From Octopus vulgaris (Eukaryota): a stretch of 64,000 nt of DNA. Below the pieces are notes generated by a model, which was not told the origin of the DNA, did no database searches, and was given only the letters and a program-made list of their open reading frames with translations. The position numbers and the translations under genes were made by a program. Location of the stretch: NCBI GenBank assembly GCA_951406725.2, contig OX597814.1, forward strand, positions 43,462,001 to 43,526,000. Direction: 5' to 3'. This document shows positions 51,850-64,000 of the stretch, piece by piece; within the stretch, counting starts at the first letter, position 1, and each line of letters starts with the position of its first letter.

Positions 51850-53300
51850 GAGGAGTAATATCTTTCATACCACCAGTATATTGGATCTGCGTTCCACTTC
51901 CCAGTAATCCATCATGTAAAGCCGCATATTACTGTTTCCTTTCCACTTTCCGCTGGTTCATTCGAATTATGTATAACATTTCTGTTTAGCTATTCGAAAG
52001 TATATGAACTTCATGCATTCTCAAAGATTGATGGAATTGTCATCCCAAGGAATATTGGATTTGAAATTCATTCATACTGCTGTGATAAATATTTACCCCA
52101 CTTACTATTCTGCGTGTGACCATTCATTACTTATTTTCTGTGCTGTCTTGAAACTTTGAAACAGAAACAGAGCGTCTACTAGTTGTTGCCAGTGGCGAGC
52201 GACTCTTTTTCATCGCCACCAAGAACGGGGAGGTTGTGACAACCATTCAGGCTGCTATGGCTGCTCGAGGTGCATAGACTCGTGATTTGCAAATATAGAT
52301 CACGAGCTAGAAGGTATCATGGTGTACTCTACGTATGATTTCTTTAATGGCTATTTACATGTACAGAACAAATTTGCTTATCATTTGCGTGAACCTGTAG
52401 ATGATGACCATGCAATCATTTTAAGTAGTCCGTTGAAATAATTTGGTGAAGAGTTGCAATTTTAGAGATGTTTGAATTTTCTATACCCCTAATTTTCTGC
52501 CTGCAGCTGTAAAATTGGGCGTGGTGTCTTCCAGCCTTTTTTTTTGTTTCTTGCTGGCATTATCAATGTTCTTACTTGTTAGTCACAAGGCTACATGAAA
52601 ATGCTCAGTAAAGTAAGTCAGAAAGGGGTGTACCATGACCTTCTCTAGTCCATGGCCTAATGGTTTTTCTGCCATCATAAATATCAGGGAACATCTATGT
52701 ACTTTTCTTACCCACCTTTTTGTTTATGAAAACTTTGTTGTCTATACAGTTCCCTCCCGTCTATATATATTTCACGGTTTTAGGGGCATTTACAACCTTC
52801 TTATGCTATGCTAAAATAGAGATGGCAAACGAGGAATCAATATTCAACACAATTTCCTTCTTCATGATCTGCATCATAGAGTGCAGTACCTTTATCTGTT
52901 AGATGTATGATTCACTAGCTGCCTGCTTTCTTATTCTGTTCTCAGATGTGAAAACTATGCATGCCGTCCCATTTTCCCAATCCAGAGCAATGAACGAGAT
53001 TCTGGGCAATTTTATCATTAATGCATGAATATACAAGTGTGTTTGGGTGTGACAGATGTCTTTAATCTTCCTTTGTCAACATATTTGAATACGTGTTGTA
53101 ATCATTGGCCTCATATGTCTTTAGTGTATCATGGAATAGTCATTCGCTTGTGTTCGTCGCCATTTGTCGCAAACAACGCTTGAGAAAGGCATGCTAGCAG
53201 TTTCATATGGGATGCTCGAAACAAAACTTTCCCTCTTTAAAACTGGCTTGTTTTCTTATGTAAATGAGCCATATTTTTTCTCATATCTTGTAGTTTATGA
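51850..53300 (-). mobile_element. Possible decayed large DNA transposon (Academ-like) coding remnant
   Basis: Non-repetitive block; broken minus frames give PFLVAMK..., TGNN.LVDAL-like and EPAESGKET (cf. DNxD..E.TLxGKxTxH). Weak similarity only. Confidence 0.25.
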
Positions 53301-53309
53301 AATCAATGT

Positions 53310-53397
53310 CATTCAACTTCTTCCATATGATATTTTGTCGTGCGTTAAAATGCCATTCAACTTATTTCATATGATATTGTCTTGGGCGTTAAAATAT
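53310..53397. repeat. Imperfect ~44-bp tandem duplication
   Basis: cattcaactt.tt.catatgatatt...gcgttaaaat occurs twice. Confidence 0.8.
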
Positions 53398-53474
53398 TCT
53401 TCATAATCAATACAAGAGTCTGCCAGTGAAAATATACTCATTAGTATTTAACTTCAAAGGATTGTCTTTGTTCA

Positions 53475-53592
53475 TGTTATATCGCAATACTATACAGTGG
53501 CTGTGTGAGCTAAGAAATCATCGTCGCCACTGTTATATCGCAATACTACTCAGTGGCTGTGTGAACTACGAAATCCTCGTCGCCACTGTTAT
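53475..53592. repeat. 56-bp tandem duplication (two copies plus the start of a third)
   Basis: tgttatatcgcaatacta..cagtggctgtgtga.cta.gaaatc.tcgtcgccac at 53475-53530 and 53531-53586; five mismatches. Confidence 0.9.
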
Positions 53593-54989
53593 GTCACACG
53601 TTCGGATGACCTCTACTCCTGCTCTACTACTCGTCTCTTCCTGACGTCTAAAGCTTCTCCCTCTGTATCTACGTATTGGGCTAGCCTATTTCATCGTCTG
53701 GAGGCGTCCATACAACAGTTCATAATTAACATTTGTATCAAGGTTCTGAAAAGAAGTCTGGTTTTTTCAGAGTGTAAACAAAGAAATCGTAAGTGTCCAC
53801 ATAAATTACGGATCTTGTATCTAACGGGGAATGAGTTAGGCATTATATGTATCCATCAGTTTGCCTTTTTATATTTATTTATTTAAATTATTTGCAAAAT
53901 ATTTCATATCTCTTCCATTTGCCTTTATAAATGTCGAAAACTCACAGAACTAACAACAGAAAAGGTATATCAGAAGTAACTCAGCGATGAAGCCAGAAGA
54001 AAATTCACACGGATGCAGGAACTGATCAACATATAACACAAGTTCTCAGTAAACGGTGTACATGCGTTGCATTTTCGCTATAATCACGCCACGATTACTT
54101 TAACGATACACTCTTATCACTTATATGTATCTAAAATTATATTATCGAACGTTGCAACGCCTGATTTGATAGACTTTAAGTGGAAATACAGTGGCTGCTG
54201 TTTCTAGCCTCTCGAATTACCACTTACCTCCTTCCCGATTTCTTCCTAGTGTTTGTCTGCAAAACGGTTACATAAAACTTCTCGTATCTTGGACAGACAG
54301 ACGATGTGTATTGGGTGTAAAGCTTTTTGCGAATGATACTAAATTCAGTTACTTGCTCAGAATCTGTTGATAATCTTTGAATTAAATACCATCGGGGAAA
54401 TTTGCCTGAAATATTACTATTTTCCAAAATGCTATAACTAGTGAATCATTTTGCATAATTGCATTTCACATAATAGTATACTCTGTCAGGAGCCTATGCT
54501 TGATCTCCTCTCAACCTAAAGCCACACCCCTTTTAAAGTCGTTGCTATCGTTTGTAGTATCAGCTGCTTCTCAATATTTCGTTGTAGCAAAGTTATCCAA
54601 CGATCTCAATGAATAGTTGAGAGGTTTCTAGAAATAACGCTGCTTTAATGTCAACTCTTTCATCGCGTTCAATAAACCATGCTTCCTAGACGACACACTA
54701 GTTAGTTAAAATAGCGTTCTTAAGATTCAGCCTGTTGGAGTCTATCAGAAGATAAATGAAAATAACATAAACCAAAATAATATAAATATTTACGTGAAGA
54801 TTATTATAAAACATGAAATCAGTTAAAATATTGTAAAACAGTAACAGATGAAGTACAAAATGTTAATGTGAAAACTGGACTATAATGGAATTTGATTGTT
54901 TGATTAATACACACGCACGCATACTCACCCAGAAGCACATGTACACACACATACACACATATGAAGATTAGATAGGGGTATATGTCGGT

Positions 54990-55600
54990 GAGACGCTAGG
55001 ATCTGTATCTTAAGAATGTGTTATAAGATTTTTGCCTATATTTAAGCATAAGGTCAATCCGTTTAAGCAGTTCATGCATTCTATAATTGAAAGAACATCT
55101 GCAAATCAGAGATCACATTTACTCTTATAACGTTGCACGGTTTGGCCTGCGTGACGATGGACCATTTCATATTGCATACAACTGCGAAATGAAAGAGCGT
55201 AGATAGAGATGTACTGTTAGTTTTCACTTGAGATTTAAAGCTACAGTAATGATTTCTAATACTGGCCTTGAAAGTGGTACTGCACGAGCCTCTATATAGA
55301 AACTTGGGTTCCTCCCTGGAGACTGTGCATCTATACAGGATATTTTCAGCAAGGCATTTATTTTCTAAGGGACACAAAACAGCGATTTTACCCGATGCAC
55401 TCCTTCATTTTCGATTTTAATTCGCAACCATAGGCACTCCGGTTGCTAACCGTGCGCTATACAGAAACTTTCAGATTATTGAATTTCCTCGTAACTTCAA
55501 TATGGGCAAAATTGTGTAACATTGGACGTCAATAAATTGTTCTTTTTCTTTTTGGTATATCTACCACAGACTGCTTGAAGCTTGCAAACTTTCTACGATT
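54990..55600 (-). mobile_element. Degenerate Naiad-like PLE GIY-YIG fragment
   Basis: CPLENKCLAENILYRCTV...YRGSCSTTFK..IRNHYCSFK...STSLS...KWSIV..AKP, homologous to the 23.0 and 29.1 kb endonucleases. Confidence 0.82.
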
Positions 55601-55739
55601 GTATCCGCGGATCTTACCTATATGTGTGTATATGTATGATATAATATTTGTAGAATATAATGAGATTTAATATTAAATACGTCACTCAAGACAAAGAGTT
55701 TCAGAAGACTACATAGATCAGACTGTGTGTATGTAAATG

Positions 55740-55915
55740 TGCAAGAATCGTTAGCAAGGTGGACAATGCTTACTCCTATTTCATCCGTTTGTATTTTCTC
55801 ATTTCCAATTCAGCCGAGGTGGACTTTGCATTGCATCTTTTGGAGGTCAGAGAAATAAGTACCACCTGAGCACTGAGATCGAATTAATCGACTAGCTTGC
55901 TCCCCTAAAAGAATT
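55740..55915 (+). mobile_element. SINE family B
   Basis: agaatcgttagca..., aattcagccgaggtggactttgc, aaataagtacca.ctgagcactg.gatcga.ttaatcgact. Confidence 0.8.
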
Positions 55916-56002
55916 CAGAACTTAAACTGAATAATTTCCTTGAACATGTTTTTGACGCTTTATTATTTCTGACGCTGTTAAACAGCTGAATCTTGGAGAG
56001 GT

Positions 56003-56130
56003 TTGTCTGTCTGTCTGTCTGTCTCTCTCTCTGTCCGTCCGTCCGTCCGTCTGTCTGTCTGTCCGTCTGTCCGTCCGTCCATCCGTCCGTCTGTCCGTCC
56101 GTCCGTATGTATGTATGTATGTATGTATGT
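56003..56130. repeat. (GTCT)n/(GTCC)n/(GTAT)n compound microsatellite
   Basis: Directly visible. Confidence 0.95.
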
Positions 56131-56132
56131 AT

Positions 56133-56390
56133 TTGGAGCACTCCGTCACTTACGACGACGAGGGTCCCAGCTGATGCGATTAACGGAACAGCTTGCCCAT
56201 GAAATTAACGTGCTAGTGGTTGAGCAGTCTACAGACGCGCGTACGCTTAACGCAGCTTTCAAGGAGGGTCAGCGTGACACAAAGTGTGACACGGCTATCC
56301 CTTTGAAATAAATGTACTACTCATTCTTGTCAGCTGAGTGGACTGGAGCAACGTGAAATAAAATGTTGTGTTCAACTCACGAATACCCAA
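56133..56390 (-). mobile_element. SINE body and 3' tail (fourth family, head missing)
   Basis: Minus strand: ttatttcacgttgctccagtccactcagctgacaagaatgagt core, ending cgtcgtaagtgacggagtgctcc before a (TACA)n tail. Confidence 0.65.
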
Positions 56391-56421
56391 ACAACTAGGC
56401 GACACACCTTCACACACACAC

Positions 56422-56490
<69 letters not shown>

Positions 56491-56491
56491 C

Positions 56492-56547
<56 letters not shown>

Positions 56548-56548
56548 C

Positions 56549-56597
<49 letters not shown>

Positions 56598-56619
56598 AGA
56601 GAGAGAGAGAGAATAATAA

Positions 56620-58860
56620 GGAAGTCAGAATGTTGGATGGTTATATATATATATATTTCTAATATTTATTTACATCTTATTCACATTATTACCGCTTTCT
56701 TCCCCTACCGGACTTACCAAAACTGTATAAAGAATTTTCTGGGGTTTGCCAAGCAAGGAATAATAAAGAACAAAATCTTTGGAGAAGGTGGGGGAGGTAA
56801 AGAGGCGTGGCTTTTGTTTGCTCAGACTTGTTTGCTTAGTACTTAGTAGCTTTTTAAGGTGAGGGAAGAAAAAGAAGAAAAAGGAAAACCATTTTTTGTA
56901 TTTGAATTGCTTGAGGTTAATTGAAAAACAAGATGTTGTTTTTGACTTTCTTCGGTGAAAATTATAATTGCATTTCCAGGACTTCCTCTTTTGTGTTCAT
57001 TAAATTATAGCAGAATGGATGTGGTCAAACTTTTCTGATTGAAAGTCTAGATTATTTCGGAAGATTGATTTTTGAGTTCACTATACTCCCACACAGCAAT
57101 TATATATACACATACATATATACACACAAACACCCACACACACACAGATACACATACATATATACACACAAACACCCTCACACACACAGATACACATACA
57201 TATATACACACAAACACCATCACACACACATACATATATACACATACACACATACATATGCGCGCAACCATACATACATATACATACACACACATACACA
57301 CATATACATACACACACATACACACACACAAAGGCGTCTATATATGTACATCTTCATATTTGTGCTCACATACACACACCACACATACATAAGAGAACAT
57401 TATGATTTTATTTTTTCAGAAATAAGTAATTAAAATAATTAAAGATTCGTCACTGTGGTTAAATACATTTGGAACGTTTTGGTCGTTTAAGCCACTACTC
57501 TTGATGTCCGAGTATGTGTCCTTCAGACTGCAAAAATGAATTTCTTTTTTTAAATAAAAGGTAATACACAACGCTATCACATTTTTATTTCCAAAGCCAT
57601 CTATTTCTGGTTGGCTGTTTTCTTTTGGTTATATCCTAAACTCTGATATTTTTCTTCACTTATTTCCATATGTTTCTTTTTTTGTTCAAGCATTTAATTT
57701 TTGTGCGAACTTCTTTATGAATTGTAGCTACATGTTGTTGTTTTTTCGGAAGTTTGGATCGTTATTTATAAGTGCAGATGCGTCTTGTCCTGCCATGTTG
57801 TATGAGATGTTCCTTTTGATGTGTGGGGGATGGCAAGAATAGAAATTTAAATATTGGTGTGTCCCCGTTCTTTTGTAAAATGTGTTTGTTGTGACAGTAG
57901 AGTTGTGTATTTTCATGTGAATATTTAAGAATGGTAGTTCTTTGTAGCTGGTTTCTGTTGTGAATTTGATAGATGGGTGCAGTTTGTTGAAGGTGTAGTG
58001 AAATGTTTGTAGGTCTTCCTTTGGTTTATCCCCCAAAATGGAGCAGGTATCGAGGTAGCGCTTCCACATCTTCCCATGTTTTTTTTTTATTTTGAAGTTG
58101 TGATCAAAGTTTTTCGTACCTCATCATAAAGTCTACCTCCTAGGCAATCCATGACTAGGTTGGCATATGAGGGTGCAAATTTAATATCCATAGCCGTACC
58201 CTTGATCGGTCGGTATATCTTATCAAATCTGAAGGTGTTTTCTTCTAGTACTATACGTGTGGCTTTGGTAATGAAGGCTGTTTTGAAACGTTGATCTTTA
58301 CAGCCACAGTGTTTCTCTAGCCAGTGTTTGACCACTTTCAGTCATCAGTGGTAGTTGGGATAGAGGTTAGTGACGGCAAAACTTGGGACTGTATTTGAAA
58401 TGCGTTTGAGAAAGTCCATGTCATCCCGTATATATCTGGGTATTAATGGACATAAGTGTTTGAGGAGTATATCCAAGAGGCGACTAAATTGTTGTGTTGG
58501 GGCTTGGACTCCAGCAACTATCGGTTTCATTTTGAGGTTTGTGGGTCTTCGTATTTTTACATTTGACTCCTCTGTTCATTTGCGGCCCACTGTATCTCGG
58601 AGCTATTGTGGTTATTTTATCTGTTAACATTTTTAGTTATTTTTCTCTGTTGTAGTCTGTGTCCATGATTAGTATCGCACATCCCTTGTCGGCTTCCTAT
58701 AGGATGACTGAATTGTCGTTCTTTGGTCATTGTAAGGCTTCATTTTCTCCTTCATGGAGGATTTGTTTTCATTTATGGGTACCGAGAGAGATTTTCTATA
58801 TACATATGTCTCTAGGTGATTATCACTCCTCTTGTAAGGAGTGAAATGAGATTTTTTCTT
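56620..58860 (-). mobile_element. Degenerate PLE (RT region 57600-58860 plus decayed 3' parts)
   Basis: EADKGCAILIMD, KPIVAG..APT, FAVTNLYP, GTAMDIKFAPSYANLVM, WKRYLD, IKFT.E...LPFL, FYK.T.THQYL.FYSCHP.HIK.NI; HHR-like remnants near 56690-56720 and 57470-57530. Parts may come from more than one copy. Confidence 0.85.
57110..57250. repeat. ~38-bp CA-rich minisatellite
   Basis: atacacatacatatatacacacaaacacc unit repeated three times. Confidence 0.8.
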
Positions 58861-58879
58861 GCAATTGATTCTTCCTCTA

Positions 58880-59180
58880 CTTTCTTGTCAACGAATTCTA
58901 TTAGACGGAGTTCTCAATATCATCTGGAATTTCAACAACCCTGAATAAAATCAGAACATTAATTTAAGAATACCAGGACTCCTTCACAGATAAATAAAAA
59001 GGAATACTTATGCAACTCCATAATCAAAGAGAGCAATTTCTATGGATTACCCCAAATCCACAAGCGTTCCGAGATACTGTGGGCCATCTACTACGGATTC
59101 CTTGCACCAGCCTCAGTTGTGAACTTTGAAACTAACGGATGACCAATTATAGCCCTTATACAGCGTACTTATTCGTTTAG
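58880..59180 (+). mobile_element. Separate PLE RT fragment in the opposite orientation
   Basis: ttctatggattaccccaaatccacaag = FYGLPQIHK, followed by a *PIIA (cf. RPII) remnant. Confidence 0.65.
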
Positions 59181-59248
59181 ATCACCAGTGAACTAAACCC
59201 CCCATATTCTACAAACACAAACACACACACACACACACACACACATAC

Positions 59249-59300
<52 letters not shown>

Positions 59301-59772
59301 GAGTGTATATGGTTAGAGGGAGAAAGAAAGATAACATGGAAAAAGAAGGGAAAATAACAATACAAGCCGAGATATTGCAAGTAGCACTTAATTTCTGTTT
59401 TAAGGTGAATAAAATTATGAATTCATGCAACCTTCGAGAAAGTGATGTAATTTGCCAATATATTAAATCAATGGTGATATAACCATACTGCACAAATATG
59501 CTTCAGCACATATATGAATAGATTATTATTATTCCTTCCCTCAAGACCAATATTTCTACACATGCAAGCACGCAGCAGTAATCTATATGTGTGCAGTGTG
59601 TAGTTTCCAATGATTATTTAATTTTCAGATATTAAATTTAATAAAAACACATTTTTGTATGTATCGATATGGAAAATATCCACTTAATATTCGCATTAAA
59701 AATTAAAAAACAATAACAATCCACGTCATAAATATACATACATAAATACATACACAAATACATATATGCATT

Positions 59773-59804
<32 letters not shown>

Positions 59805-60458
59805 CATACATACATACATACATACATAAATTCATACGTTCATACAGGCACACATACCTGCATGCATATATGAATACATACATACATACGTAAGTAGGTG
59901 GATATATATGTGTACCTGTATGTAAATATGTGTTCCAAATACTACAATAGAAAACGTATAGAGATGGAAATATTAAATCAACCACTCAAAACGTATATAA
60001 AATTAACGTAGCTCATAATAGAATATCTCACACATATATACTCCATTAATTACAGGCCATTCTTTAGAACATTTTTAATATTTTAGTGAATTTTATATAA
60101 TACTCAAATGAACAACATGAGAAATATCAATAAACACAACAACAATAAATTTAGATACGGCTCCAAATATACGGTAAATGCTTAAGCTAAAAACGGCAAA
60201 ACAACATCTAATATGACATAAACGAAAGATAATAAATAAGCATTACGAAAACATCATTTTAAAAATTTTCTTTGAATAATAATGTATAAGACAAAATGCC
60301 CTAAAAAAAAGCAATCTGAAATAAAATACACTATTTGGAATAATATAGTAATTAAATGAATAAATAAGACTATCAATAATTTTTTTAAAAATAAAGCAAC
60401 TGCAATACTAATGTGAAGAATACAAATATCAATAAGAGCAAGTACAAATAAATAAATA

Positions 60459-60656
60459 ATGGGGAGGAGGAGGGTGACGACGACGACGACGATGATGGTG
60501 ATGAAGATGGTGATGATGATGATGAGGAGGAGGAGGATGGTGATGATGATGATGATGACGATGATGATGATGACGATGATGGTGGTTGTGGTGGTGATGA
60601 TGATGATGATGATGAGGAGGAGGAGGAGGATGGGGATGATGATGATGATGAGGATG

Positions 60657-60689
<33 letters not shown>

Positions 60690-60690
60690 A
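60459..60690. repeat. (GAT)n/(GAG)n/(GAC)n triplet repeat
   Basis: Directly visible. Confidence 0.95.
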
Positions 60691-61629
60691 ATGTATAAAT
60701 GAATAAATCAATGAAAGGATGAATAATAAATATCGAAAACCGAAAATATTTTTGATTGCCGTATCTTGAGGACAAAATTAAATAAAAGTAAATAAATTGT
60801 TCAAAACTCAATTTCAAACGTAAAACTCCTTTGATATTGATACTGCAAAACATATATAAAACTGCAACAATAACAACAGCAGCAACTGCCACAACAAGGT
60901 GTCTATGCAAATGTAACAAACACAATCATAACAACAACAACAACAACAGCTCAGACAATACCAGGACTATGACAATCAGCGTCAGAGATTATTAAAAACT
61001 GTAACAATAAACAGAAGGAAAAAAAATGAAGTGGATAATATGAATAACTGTAAAAACAGCACGATTGACAATGGCAGCGTCACAAATAAAACCGAATGCA
61101 ATTACTTATTTTCAAATACTTAATAGTCGCTATGGTTACGACATCTTTGTGATTTTAAAGTAACATTTCAATTAGAATTTAGCGCAATGGTACATATAGA
61201 CAAAAGAAATTTAAAATTCCTGCTTCCTATTATTCAAATATTTACAATTTCATTGCTTTGACATTAAACTAGTGTTTTGCTTTGTGTTTTTTTTTTATGA
61301 AAATATATGCATATAAAGTCTCTATTCGAAAGAGATGAAAACACTCTAAAACAATTATATAATAACAAGGATTTCAAAGCATTTTTAGAGCTACGCATAG
61401 CATATGAAATGAATATAGAATGTTTATTAATTGATATGACGCACCACAGATAAAATACATCTCTGTTGATTCTGAATTGAGAGAGTAACAGGATGTATCT
61501 AACTTTTGACATTTTGTCCAGTGATGTACAGATCATGATATATTCCAACTTACACATAGGTATTTCTGAAATAATAGCTGTTTCTAATTTAAGCCCTTGT
61601 TCAACAGTTTTCAAGAGAGAGAGAGAGAG

Positions 61630-61775
61630 CGCGGAGTAGACGATTACAAATACACCATTACCTTATCACTGTGGGGGATGAAGCCTAGGTTCACTGAAGG
61701 GGAATTTAAACTCTGAGAGCCGTATGAAATGTTGCAAGATATTTCGTGGGGCATTCTAAGGATTCTGACTAGCCA
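61630..61775 (-). mobile_element. Highly degenerate SINE family B copy
   Basis: gacgattaca, ggatgaa, ggaatttaaactctga, gaaatgttgc.aag.attt, ctaaggattctg. Confidence 0.45.
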
Positions 61776-63203
61776 CAATGTAATCTAAGCGCTTACATAA
61801 AAATGCAAAGACATTTTAAAAAGAGAACTCCATTATGGCGTGGAATGGAGATTATATAAAAAAGATAAGTTGAGTTGTGAAAGATGTTATACAATAAATA
61901 ATGTGAGGAATAAATTAGTTATATAAATACAAATCCTTTATAAAAATACAAAAATACGGTAAAATATACAGTTATTAAAAACAAAATATTTATATAAAAT
62001 TTTAATGACCATTTGCTTTGATCACAACATTGTGTTTAAGCAGCCATTCTGATTAGTTTCAATATTATAAATAATAGAATACTTCATGCTCAACCTAGAA
62101 GTTCTTAGGTTATATTTGGCAGTCTATGGCACTTATCATCAGGAGCTTTAACATATATGTAACACTCCGTGAACTTTATTCGAAATTCGGTCTTTTCATG
62201 TTGGATAAAACATCATTACTTTCCTTTTCGATTCTTTTTTTGTTTGGATATTTCCAAAGCAGTGTTCCAAACTGTTGTGAATTTCACTCCGGTTGTAAAT
62301 TAAGAACATTCTCCTCACAAAATATGCTATCTCCTTCATACAAGATGTTTTTCTTTTCCTGAATGAAGTGTATATTTTGCTTCCAATTTCAAGTTTTTAC
62401 TGCATTTAGTTTTATTTATTTCGTTGTGTCTTATCGCAAATTATATGATTGCTTTTCTTCCAAAGCATCCACTTTACCCATCTTTATAAGGGATGATTGA
62501 TTAGACACGCCTGTATTGCTAAATGAAACTGCACAAAAAGCTGTTAAGTTGAAATCTATAGAACCATTGTTTCCTGCTCTGTATTGTCAATTTCATCGCT
62601 TTCCATTTCTTTCCACATTCATAAATAGGAAAATATCTGGAGTGTTCTGGCACCTTTGAAAGGGAAAGTTCCCATGGACAATTCTCAATCACAATACACA
62701 TGCACGCAGAAGAGAATCAGCTATCGATAAACAGAGAAAGGTGACAGGCACGCAGTACAGGCAAATTAATGTCAGCATGAATTTGCCCGCCTGTCCATGA
62801 GAGGTATGCCACTACTTTGGCCTTGATATTTCTTCGTGTGACCGTTAGTATCTATATAGGCAAGTGAGAATCACCTAGATTCCTGAGAATATTCAGCATC
62901 ATTACGGTGACATAGGACGCTGAAAAGAACACGAACCTCCAAACTGCCTCCAGCTTCTAGTGTAAAAGATAAGGATAGGAGAGATGAGAGAGGGCACCTG
63001 TGATAGACCGAGAATCTGATTAATATGCAGATGCTGCTGTAGTATAACGCAAACCAGTTTCTACGAAACGGACCAAAACTGGATACTCTTAAAAAACTGC
63101 GGTCGAAGCTGTTGAAAACATTTGAGTAATCAAATTGCTTTCAGTGACATCGAAGAGAGTTCTTTTAAAGATGTATTGCACGAAGCGTGTAATTTATCCT
63201 ACC

Positions 63204-63211
63204 GCTCTCTT

Positions 63212-63283
<72 letters not shown>

Positions 63284-63310
63284 ACACACATACACACCTA
63301 CACATACCTA
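63204..63310. repeat. (CT)n-(CA)n microsatellite
   Basis: Directly visible. Confidence 0.95.
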
Positions 63311-64000
63311 TAAGACATAAACAATTTGTTTCTCATTATACACATACATTTAATCCTATATTCATATGTCTATATAAAATATGTATATCTATAAACACAC
63401 ACGTACGAACATATGTGTGTGTGTATTTATCGTGTTTTGGTTGTTTCTAATTTGTTTAAAATTTACACCTATATACTTCATCAGTACCTATTTCAATATT
63501 TCTCTTACTCTTCAGCTTGTTATACTTATTCCGATGTCCTTTATATTAAACGTTTCACGTAGTTTCACCACAACTTGTCCACTGGTGCAATTTGCAGAGT
63601 TTACGGTGTTACATACATTTTAGACTACAGCCTTTTCTCAGAGAATATGCTTTCTCTCTTTTCCTCCATCAGCTACAGCGCCTATGAAAATACCAATTGT
63701 ATTAAATCATACCAAAGTATTGATGCTTAAAGATGGAGAGAGTGAACGAAAAAGAAGACAAATAAAGGGGAAAAATTACATCCCAAACTATTTGAAAGCA
63801 GTAAATCTTAAGCATGATTAGCATAACCTTCCAAATTGTATATTCTTTAATTTCTTACATGAAAGACCATGGTTGGTTACTCCTATATCTTAGTTTCTCC
63901 GAAAAGCTATTCATATTGAACATGCGAGTGAAATGCAAGAAACATGCTTAGAAATGCAAGAATTTAAGATGGATGAGTGATAATAGACTTATGCAAGCTA

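Noticed and set aside
53475-53592. CRISPR-like array
   Set aside because: Contiguous tandem copies without unique spacers, eukaryotic context and no cas genes. The same holds for 32660-33057.

Overview
AT-rich, microsatellite-saturated eukaryotic non-coding DNA, most likely cephalopod (Octopus-like; inferred from the SINE families and repeat landscape, not proven). I found no host protein-coding exon that I can support, and nearly all listed ORFs are translations of simple repeats. The window is dominated by retroelements: several Penelope-like element (PLE; reverse transcriptase + GIY-YIG endonuclease) copies from at least two clades, including two young 5'-truncated copies with near-perfect inverted terminal repeats (22.6-25.0 kb, 25.8-29.9 kb). 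It also holds 3' ends of RTE- and CR1-type LINEs, several tRNA-derived SINE families and decayed DNA-transposon remnants. The main hidden signal is a set of type I minimal hammerhead ribozyme (HHR) motifs (CUGANGA...GAAA...UH) from many unrelated short repeat families, mostly inserted into (TA)n tracts and often arranged as inverted palindromes. One of these units joins a tRNA-like Pol III head to an HHR tail (~30.0-30.6 kb), suggesting a PLE-mobilised SINE/retrozyme-like element. Coordinates were read by eye and are approximate for degenerate features; all RNA folds are hand-derived.
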